This document shows, piece by piece, positions 48,262-55,494 of a stretch of DNA of 64,000 nt. This DNA comes from Eubacteriales bacterium. GTDB taxonomy: Bacteria > Bacillota > Clostridia > Lachnospirales > Lachnospiraceae. The translations under genes and the position numbers were made by a program. Location: the NCBI GenBank assembly GCA_030524135.1, contig JAUNHA010000006.1, positions 2,087-66,086 of the forward strand. The letters run 5' to 3'. The stretch's first letter is position 1. Each line of letters begins with the position of its first letter. The notes under the pieces were generated by a model that was not told where the DNA came from, ran no database searches, and saw nothing but the letters and a program-made list of their open reading frames with translations.

Positions 48262-49041
48262 TCAGAACTTCATCGGCAACGCTGTCTTGGAGCTCGCCCC
48301 ATTGTAGATCAGGAACACCTGCATAAGGTATTTCTTACTTGCCGGAAACGAATTGCCGATAGCGGCAGCATCGCGGTAAATCTTCTGCGGGTCTTTCTCC
48401 CGGAGCTTCTTGACCAGACGCTTGCGGTTGTATTCGCCTTTATAAAGATCAATGAACTGGGAGAGACCCAGCATATTTTCTTTGCGGAAAGTGTTCGGCT
48501 CACCATCCCATGCTTCCAACAGAATGTTCAGCACTTCCTGATATTCCTCTATTCCAATCTTCTGGAAAATCTTAAAAGCGGTGCTGACGCAGGCAATGCG
48601 CCTGCACCCCAGCTCCTCGCCGTAGTCCAGCCGGAGGCCGACCGCCTCCGTTGCTCTCTGAAACGATATCACCACTGGGTCGCCCGCACAAATCAGTGCG
48701 CGGATTTTTGCCCCTGCCGTGAGTTTGGAAGATTCGCCGGTCTGCTGCGCAAAAAGCGTTGCTTCGTCGCTCTCTGTCATACCAAAATAGACCTTGCACT
48801 TAATCATCAGGTCTTCCCCGTGATTACGGCTCTTTCTGGCTGCAATGGTGTGCTGACCGTCAAAGACATAGTAGTGACCGTTGCGGAAGCTCACCTTTGG
48901 TTCGTTTGCAATATGTTCATTGAAGTTTTTAACGATACGATGTACTTTCTCCATACTCAATTCCCGCTGATAGGTCTCTCGCGGAATTTCCAGTTCCGCA
49001 CTGTTGATAGACATAATCTTATACTTTTGATTGCTGCTCAT
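48262..49041 (-). CDS. ParB/Srx-fold protein of the DGQHR/DndB/DUF262-like type
   Basis: 259 aa. The YQRE motif followed by VFDGQHTIAA compares with the YQR...DGQ(H/Q)R signature of that clade. Confidence 0.55.
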   Translation of the reverse strand: MSSNQKYKIMSINSAELEIPRETYQRELSMEKVHRIVKNFNEHIANEPKVSFRNGHYYVFDGQHTIAARKSRNHGEDLMIKCKVYFGMTESDEATLFAQQTGESSKLTAGAKIRALICAGDPVVISFQRATEAVGLRLDYGEELGCRRIACVSTAFKIFQKIGIEEYQEVLNILLEAWDGEPNTFRKENMLGLSQFIDLYKGEYNRKRLVKKLREKDPQKIYRDAAAIGNSFPASKKYLMQVFLIYNGASSKTALPMKF

Positions 49042-50023
49042 TCCAAAGCCCTCCCTTCTTTATTCTCCGAAAGTAATCAATGCCCTGATCGGCAAGCTGT
49101 TTTATTTTCGCTTTCCCTGTTCTGCTTCTCACATGAACCGGATAAGTCTCTCTGCAAAGGTTCCACCGGAAGATCATATCCTCAAGCGCGTCATTCATTT
49201 CATAAATCATACTGCCCTCTGTGGCACCCGCGACACCTTCCGAGTGAACCATTCCTTCGGAGATTTCCTGAATCAGTTTTCGACTGACATTGTGTTCTGG
49301 CTGTCGTGGATTCACATCCCTATCATCCACCGTCATCCCTTCTGTTTGAATACATTGGTTCTGACCGCGTCGCACAGTCTTAGGCAAACAAAGCTGCTCC
49401 ACCAACTCACTTCGTTCAATCGGCTCTGCACTAATAATCTCCTGTACTTCTTTTTCTGTCGGTTTAATTCTCCCGGACAGAATATTCTGCCGGATGCCGG
49501 GTGATACATCATCGGCAGCATCAACCGCATTTGCGAATACTTCAGCCCGGATCACGGTATTCTTTCCGATGTTATGCTCTCTGGCAATTCGCTCACAGGT
49601 TTTCTCACCGTTCAAGTTCCCAGATTGGGAACTTGATTTTGTTTCACTCTTACGGTCGCCGCCATGAGCGGCTTTTTCCGCTTCATACTGTTTCCCGATC
49701 AGATACTTCCTTTGTTCCAAAGTCAGGTTCCTTCGTCCAAGCTGATTCTTGCAAATCCAGGCAAACGCATCAAAGCGGTTGTCGAACGCTTTCTCGTGAA
49801 TGTGATAGGGAATCTCCGGATGCTTCAGTAAAATCTTGAAGCGATTATGACCGTCCACGATAATTCCTTCCCATACAATAATGGCGTTCAGGATTTCTCC
49901 ATCTGCCAGAATATTCTCTTCCAAAGTACAGAACTCCTCCTGCGTTATAGGCGGAATCTTCTGTTCAAACTCCGGATCAATTCTCATTTCATTAAATTGC
50001 GTTGCCATCTGCTTTCTCACCAT
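49019..50023 (-). CDS. ParB N-terminal-domain protein with central HTH
   Basis: 334 aa. IIVDGHNRFKIL box and an HTH around CERIAREHNIGKNTVIRAE. Confidence 0.65.
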   Translation of the reverse strand: MVRKQMATQFNEMRIDPEFEQKIPPITQEEFCTLEENILADGEILNAIIVWEGIIVDGHNRFKILLKHPEIPYHIHEKAFDNRFDAFAWICKNQLGRRNLTLEQRKYLIGKQYEAEKAAHGGDRKSETKSSSQSGNLNGEKTCERIAREHNIGKNTVIRAEVFANAVDAADDVSPGIRQNILSGRIKPTEKEVQEIISAEPIERSELVEQLCLPKTVRRGQNQCIQTEGMTVDDRDVNPRQPEHNVSRKLIQEISEGMVHSEGVAGATEGSMIYEMNDALEDMIFRWNLCRETYPVHVRSRTGKAKIKQLADQGIDYFRRIKKGGLWNEQQSKV

Positions 50024-50426
50024 CCTTCCCGATGGAAATCCGTCGGTTACTTCTGCCTGTATTCTCCTCCAGGTAATATCCCAGCTGAATCTTCACAGCC
50101 TCATCGATACCCCGCATCTGTCCCTTGCTGACTTTTCCGAGATAACGGATGATGCAGCATTTATCACAGGTATCCAGCTGCTCTGCCAGCACCGTTGAAG
50201 GGCGTTCCAGACCTTTTGCTTTTCGGATGTAATAATGGGTAGGCTGGCACCTCTTCTTTTCCGTCCTGGATGTCAGCGGTGCTACAGTAATCGTCGGCGA
50301 ATAGAAGTTGCCGACATCATTCTGTAAAACCACCACCGGCCGCACACCGCCCTGCTTTGACCCCACAGGAATACCGAGGTTAGCCAGATATAAATCACCC
50401 CGGCGGTAAACCCAGTCTTGTTTCAT
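49992..50426 (-). CDS. PemK/MazF family toxin-like protein
   Basis: Trimmed to ATG 50426, 7 nt after GGAGG. RGDLYLANLGIPVGSKQGGVRPVVVLQND...TVAPLTS is the classic MazF/PemK N-terminal pattern. Confidence 0.8.
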   Translation of the reverse strand: MKQDWVYRRGDLYLANLGIPVGSKQGGVRPVVVLQNDVGNFYSPTITVAPLTSRTEKKRCQPTHYYIRKAKGLERPSTVLAEQLDTCDKCCIIRYLGKVSKGQMRGIDEAVKIQLGYYLEENTGRSNRRISIGKDGEKADGNAI

Positions 50427-50529
50427 GTTCATTCCTCCAATCTCCATAATGTTTATATGGATAAAGGCTGCCGGAGAGATGTGTAAATGCTGTTTCCCGG
50501 CAGCGCTTTCTTTCAATATGGTTCCTCTG

Positions 50530-50870
50530 TACTTTTTCTTATTACCCCAAAGGTATAGGATTTCTCACGAGCGGCAGTGTGCTTCACTGCTCCATTGGAA
50601 TCTAACCACCCCGCCTTCATCATGGCCGGGCCGCGAATTACGGAAGTCTCATTGTCCCTGTCCGGTGTCAGCACCACCGCCGGTTGCAACCCGGCATTTG
50701 CTTTTGCGATACCGCTATCGCCCCAAAGGGCATCATGGCGTGCAGCCGAAGGCTCGACCGGACAGGATTGTACTCGGAGAATGAGTATTCAGTTTTCAAA
50801 GAGCCCGCATGGACTGTTTGTCCTGCTGATTTCATTGTAAAAAAACGCATTTGATTTTTTTATGACCTCA
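50530..50870 (-). other. GC-rich, hairpin-dense non-coding region (candidate structured RNA or DNA site)
   Basis: Hand counts give 57-62 % GC over 50581-50760, against 32-48 % on the flanks. There is a 9-bp long-range complement (50657-50665 / 50758-50766) and local hairpins at 50706-50721 and 50679-50695. No credible ORF is present. Confidence 0.35.
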
Positions 50871-50904
50871 TCCACAAAAAACTTGCGTCATCTGCAAATA
50901 TCAC

Positions 50905-51192
50905 TTAGAGATTCATCGCCATGGCTTTCAGTCCTTCCGAGATCTGCAGCAACGCTCCTCTAATATTTTCCTTTTCTGCTTTTTTCCCAAGGACGAGATA
51001 GTCCAGTGACACTTCAAAGAACACGGCAATCTCAACCAGTGCGTCAATAGATGGAGTACATCTTCCCGACTCCAGTCTGCTGATTCTGGAAAAATTGATG
51101 TTCAGTTCCTCTCCCAGCTGTTCCTGCGTAAGATTCCTTCCCTGCCTTAACGCCCTTAACCTCCGTCCAAATTCTGCTGCATCGTAATACAT
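50905..51192 (-). CDS. XRE family HTH regulator
   Basis: 95 aa. FGRRLRALRQGRNLTQEQLGEELNINFSRISRLESG. Confidence 0.85.
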   Translation of the reverse strand: MYYDAAEFGRRLRALRQGRNLTQEQLGEELNINFSRISRLESGRCTPSIDALVEIAVFFEVSLDYLVLGKKAEKENIRGALLQISEGLKAMAMNL

Positions 51193-51382
51193 ACTGTCTT
51201 CCTTTCCGCCCGCTGCGGATTGGGGTGAGATACATTGCCCGACAGTATGCCGCTTCCATCAAAGCCCGACATGGGTGCATTAAAGAAAGGGTACCGATAC
51301 TGCTCTTCCGAAAATGGAAACAGGCAATATTTGTATCCTCAGTCCTAATGCATGTCAGGCTTTCGATATTAATTTTTGATTT

Positions 51383-51452
51383 CACAAAAAATAAAAGACC
51401 ACTGACGAGGCAAACTCCTATCGTAATAGGAATTTCATCCTCGCCAGTGGCC
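51383..51452 (-). terminator. long-stem rho-independent terminator
   Basis: On the minus strand, GGCCACTGGCGAGG...CCTCGTCAGTGGTC (with an inner hairpin CCTAT-tacg-ATAGG) followed by TTTTATTTTTT. Confidence 0.7.
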
Positions 51453-51565
51453 TCTCATGTATGTCTGGTCAAACTCACTGGGCAAATCAGGTATGTGACC
51501 TGGAGATGGTCTTATGCAGTCTGTTTCACCTCAGCCATTCCGTCGTTATACCCATTCTGTTTTCA

Positions 51566-51805
51566 TTATTCGTGGGAATTATAAATTCCCGGTTCCTCCG
51601 CAACACATAAAATCTGCTCGCCAGCCGGAGCATAGATATCAAAACGATTGTGTCGCCGTCCCATAAAGGTTCTTACTGTCACCGCACGGCATCTGCTGCA
51701 CCGCAGCTTTATCATGCCATTTTTGTCTTTGTACCCCCGATTTAGCTTACCGCAGTTTGGACAATAAAAATCACAGGGTGTCCATAATTCTTCATATCCT
51801 GACAT
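51566..51805 (-). CDS. small zinc-ribbon protein
   Basis: Trimmed to ATG 51805 (RBS GAGGAGGAAA). Two CxxC pairs (CPNCG ... CSRC). It loosely resembles the Cys-rich KTR proteins of mobile elements. Confidence 0.55.
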   Translation of the reverse strand: MSGYEELWTPCDFYCPNCGKLNRGYKDKNGMIKLRCSRCRAVTVRTFMGRRHNRFDIYAPAGEQILCVAEEPGIYNSHE

Positions 51806-52063
51806 CACTTTCCTCCTCATATCCGGAATATTTTTCGTCCTGACAGAATAAGGGAAACAAAATCCGTCGGATCGTGATTGGAAGCCCGAATTCTAACATC
51901 AAACCGGTAGTTTTCCGTCCTGCTCAAGGCAGCCTGCCGGTTACTTTATCGGGCTTCAGCGCCTGTTGAACGACAGAGAAAAACAAAGAAATATTTGCAT
52001 TGCCTTCTGATTCTCACATTAAACATCAAACATCGCGAATAAGTCTTTTCTTCGCTTTCTCTA

Positions 52064-52092
52064 TTGACATTCCGAGAAGTTCATTTTATACT
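52064..52092 (+). promoter_or_regulatory. sigma-A promoter of the immR-like gene
   Basis: TTGACA (52064-52069), 17-bp spacer, TATACT (52087-52092). It is flanked by GAGAAGTT (52074-52081) and AACTTCTC (52104-52111). Confidence 0.6.
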
Positions 52093-52198
52093 TAGTGTAG
52101 TTAAACTTCTCAATAGCCATTATAAGCATGTTAGCTTCTCTTGTCAACACAATTAGAGATTTTTAACTACTCATTTTTTAGAAAAGGAGAATATTGCC

Positions 52199-52645
52199 AT
52201 GACGTTCGGAGAAAAAGTAAAGCAGGAACGAAAGAAACTGAACCTGTCGCAAGATGAGCTTGCTGCAAAAGCTTCCGTGTCCAGGCGCACCGTTACGTCC
52301 TGGGAAACTGATAAGGCATTACCGAGAACCAGAAAGGTTTACGAGACCCTGGCTGATGTACTCCAGGTACCTGCCGCCTATCTGATCAATGAAGATGATG
52401 CCTTTCTCATTGACGCCGGGGAGCAGTTTGGATACAGAGGGAAAAAGGGAGCAGAAAAGCTGATGGCCGAAATCACCGGACTCTTTGCCGGTGGTGAAAT
52501 GGCGGATGAAGATATGGATGCGCTGATGTTCGCCGTTCAGCAAGCGTATGTCGATGCAAAACGAAAGAATAAAAAATACACCCCAAAAAAATATCTCCAT
52601 GTTTCCGAAGGCGATAATCCGTCGCCCGATTCATCAAATAAATGA
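52199..52645 (+). CDS. XRE family repressor (ImmR-like)
   Basis: 148 aa. HTH KKLNLSQDELAAKASVSRRTVTSWETDK. It sits directly upstream of an ImmA-type protease gene. Confidence 0.85.
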   Translation: MTFGEKVKQERKKLNLSQDELAAKASVSRRTVTSWETDKALPRTRKVYETLADVLQVPAAYLINEDDAFLIDAGEQFGYRGKKGAEKLMAEITGLFAGGEMADEDMDALMFAVQQAYVDAKRKNKKYTPKKYLHVSEGDNPSPDSSNK

Positions 52646-52674
52646 TGAGCCGCGCGTAATAAGGGGGTGGGGCT

Positions 52675-53184
52675 GTGCGCCTGAATTCAAATGATAAAAT
52701 CATCCAAAAAGCAAACCGTCTCCTCTGCCGAGCCGGAAGCAGAGAGCCGCGGCACATCTGCCAGTTCCTCGGCATAACGGTTATTGAAGCGCCATTTAAA
52801 CAACAAAAAGGCGTTTATAAGGTCATTGAGAGGAACCGTTACATTTTTCTCAAGGAAGACCTGAATCCTGTCATGAAGGATATCGTTCTCTGGCACGAAA
52901 TTGGTCATGACCAGCTGCATCGCAAGGAAGCCACGCAGTTTCAGGAATTTAATCTGTTTGATATGACGACCAATCGCATGGAATACGAGGCAAACCTCTT
53001 TGCGGCACAGCTGGCACTGGACGAAGAACAGCTCTGGGAATATATCCTTCAGGGGATGGATGACGTCTCCATTGCAAAAGCCATGTATTCCGATACAAAT
53101 CTGGTTGCCCTTAAAGTCAGCATTATGTCCAGACCAGGGTATAATTTGCGGGTGCCGGAGCATCGGAATGATTTTTTGAAATGA
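52675..53184 (+). CDS. ImmA/IrrE family metallopeptidase
   Basis: 169 aa with the HExxH motif (WHEIGHDQLH). Paired with the upstream XRE repressor, as in ICEBs1 and phage immunity modules. Confidence 0.85.
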   Translation: MRLNSNDKIIQKANRLLCRAGSREPRHICQFLGITVIEAPFKQQKGVYKVIERNRYIFLKEDLNPVMKDIVLWHEIGHDQLHRKEATQFQEFNLFDMTTNRMEYEANLFAAQLALDEEQLWEYILQGMDDVSIAKAMYSDTNLVALKVSIMSRPGYNLRVPEHRNDFLK

Positions 53185-53193
53185 CATTCCTTT

Positions 53194-53221
53194 GAGGAGC
53201 CTTGACTGGCTCCTCTTTTTT
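53194..53221 (+). terminator. rho-independent terminator of the immR-immA pair
   Basis: GAGGAGCC-ttgact-GGCTCCTC followed by T6. Confidence 0.8.
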
Positions 53222-53289
53222 ATCGCAAATGACCGCTAAGCGGGTGACAGACATTCAGACATTTTGTGCAGATACCGTCTGCACAATTA

Positions 53290-53721
53290 TCAACCTAACA
53301 TCTGTATGTGATAGAGCTTCACTTTCTCCTCGAACGGCAGCCCCGGATCAATGCCGACTTCTTCCCACGTCACACCATACGGTGCCCCGCCATCTGTATA
53401 TCCAGCGATAAAGGCAAACCGATCATCGCAGTCCTTATATAACTCTGCCAATCGCTCCAGTTCTTTCTTCTCACGCTCCAACCGTCGTTGCCGGAGCCGC
53501 TGTTCTTCTGATCTCTTTATCTGATCCAACTGCTCCTGCGTGTAGTTGACACCTAATTCCTGCAAATCTTTAGCAGCAGTCACTGCATCAACATGAAAGC
53601 GTTCACGGTAATGCTTGTTCATCTTTTTCGGCGAACCAGTATAGGTGAGCAGCCACTGTTTTCCTTTTCGCAGACGGGCCTCCTTTCGCTCAGCCTTTGT
53701 CAGTTTCTTTTTCTTTGCCAT
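53290..53721 (-). CDS. hypothetical protein (basic N-terminus, coiled coil)
   Basis: 143 aa with RBS CAGGAGA. No family recognised. Confidence 0.55.
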   Translation of the reverse strand: MAKKKKLTKAERKEARLRKGKQWLLTYTGSPKKMNKHYRERFHVDAVTAAKDLQELGVNYTQEQLDQIKRSEEQRLRQRRLEREKKELERLAELYKDCDDRFAFIAGYTDGGAPYGVTWEEVGIDPGLPFEEKVKLYHIQMLG

Positions 53722-53854
53722 TTGCTAAATCTCCTGAATTTTATACTGGTAGCTGTATCCCCGCTTTCGTTATCTTAATTGTGCAAGCAGCTCTTGCACA
53801 ATTTTACCTGATCCGCGTCTGGATATTCCAAGCCATATAATAATTTTCTTAAAA

Positions 53855-55302
53855 TTATCGTTTTCGATATTTCCGTCCTTTCGTGGTACCGTTGTCCTCC
53901 AGCAGTTCAAGCTGCACCATGGCACGAAGCAATTCTTTTGTCCGGGTTTCCCTCACATCAAGAACCGCTACAATATCCGCTACATTATGCCATGCTCCAT
54001 CATTCAGGAAGTCCAGAATCTTATTATATTGCGCCTGTGTTTTGGCGGACACATTTTTTCTGGCGCTTTTTTTGTGAAAGAAAGCGTCAGAATCGTTCTG
54101 TCCGGATCAAACTGTTCCTCTATAATCGGTTCTGTCCAACCCTCATCTTCCCACATGTTAAAGATGTTCGGAACGCCGCTTCCGGCACGTTCTCCAATGT
54201 TGATAAGGTTGAACATTTTCATTAGTACCTTATTTCGAGGGTCAGATTCCCCGCCTCTGCGCATCTGTTCCTTTCCGGTTCGGATGTATCCGGGATTCGC
54301 AAAAACCAGCTTATCCGGCTCCTTACGGATCACAACACCTCGTACACCGTAAAAATCCGCGTTCGTGAGGCAATTCGCCAACGCCTCTCTCAGTGCTTTA
54401 TGCACTGGCGTGTCATCAATCCGGTCACCACCCTCCATTCGAAAAGGCACCTTCACATCCTTGATGAGCTTGTTATAAACCCGAAAATAGAAGTCGCAGA
54501 TATTTCCAGACCATTCCCCGGAACTGGATTGAAGGCGATCCGTCCAGCGAATTGCCGGATCTAACATCTCCCGGTAATCCAGAAAGTATTCCGGGAAATG
54601 CCGGACAATGTTATATTCGTTTCCGAACATCAACATACCTGCCGCTGTAGGATGCAGCCGCTTATCCTCCGACGAAACCGCTGCCGCCCCTATACTACGG
54701 AGGTATTCCTCATCGTTTAGTCTCTCAAAGGGATGGCCCGCTTTCAGCGTTCTATGCCTGTTTCGATAACCCTGAATTGTTTCTTTATTAAGGTCAGAAA
54801 GCTCTGCATCGTTCAGCACATCCATGTCTACCGTATTTTCTTCCTGATCCCGCAGCATGGCCTTAACCTGAAGCCTCGTGCATTTATAATCCCCGGAATG
54901 TATCCTTCGGTATGTGCCACCAAACAGGTCATTGTTGATATATACCGGCTTCTGACTTCTTTTTGCCCTTGGAACTTCAATTGCAATGATCACATCATCA
55001 TTCACTTCATAGGCCGTTACATTTGATTCCGACAGTAGATTAAGGCTTACCTTATTTTGGTTGTGCAGCAGATTCCACAGGTTATCCAGTAACTTCTCTT
55101 TATCTGCCGCTTTCAGCCCAGTGGGCTTCCAATGCTTATCATCCAACTCCTCAACGCCCAGAATAATTACTCCGCCATAGGTATTCGCAAAGGCAGAGTA
55201 GGTCTCCCAGATATCATTCGGAAGACCGCCTCTGGCCTTTTTCACTTCCCTGCGGTTATCTTCCTTGTATTTGTCAAATTTTTGAATATCAAATAACGGC
55301 AT
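53855..55302 (-). pseudogene. Schlafen/AlbA_2 + HATPase_c_4 + wHTH regulator-like ATPase gene, frameshifted in an A7 run
   Basis: ORF 54004..55302 covers the AlbA_2 region (...AFANTYGGVIILGVEE) and the HATPase region (REALANCLTNADFY...FANPG). ORF 53855..54052 is its wHTH tail. On the coding strand, an A7 run (T7 at 54067-54073 on +) separates the frames, and an 8th A would join them as ...FTKKSARKNVSAKTQAQYNKILDFL... Confidence 0.75.
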
Positions 55303-55494
55303 TGAATAGCCACCTCCTGTTATAGGACTTTTTTAACAAGTACTACGCCGTCAGATCAATCTTCTTCTCGACAATCCACTCAAACACACGGCTGCACTCA
55401 TCCGACAGCTCGTCTCGGAAAACATAACTTTGATGCCAGATTGATGATCACACTGTCACCACTCACTTTGTCATACAAACGGCTTCCCCAAAAG

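Larger units (their letters stand above)
46073..53221. mobile_element. remnant integrative element: serine recombinase to ImmR/ImmA module (right boundary uncertain)
   Basis: The recombinase gene abuts the truncated macro gene. The gene content is phage/ICE-like (ParB-fold proteins, MazF-like toxin, XRE, ImmR/ImmA). The second half of the target gene was not found in the window. Confidence 0.4.

Noticed and set aside
48187-49287. A 366-aa + strand ORF across the ParB-fold genes.
   Set aside because: It is antisense to two motif-bearing minus-strand genes. It has no RBS and no recognisable domain.
50538-50648. A 36-codon minus-strand ORF (MMKAGWLDSNGAVKHTAAREKSYTFGVIRKSTEEPY) as a MazE-like antitoxin.
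   Set aside because: It has no Shine-Dalgarno sequence and no resemblance to AbrB/SpoVT or RHH antitoxin folds, and it lies inside the GC-rich structured segment.
50520-50904. The GC-rich region as a group II intron fragment, retron msr/msd, tmRNA or tRNA-like element.
   Set aside because: There is no domain V-like GAGC...GAAA...GGTTC hairpin, no 5' GTGYG and no adjacent reverse transcriptase. There is no tag ORF or cloverleaf either. It is kept only as an unclassified structured candidate.
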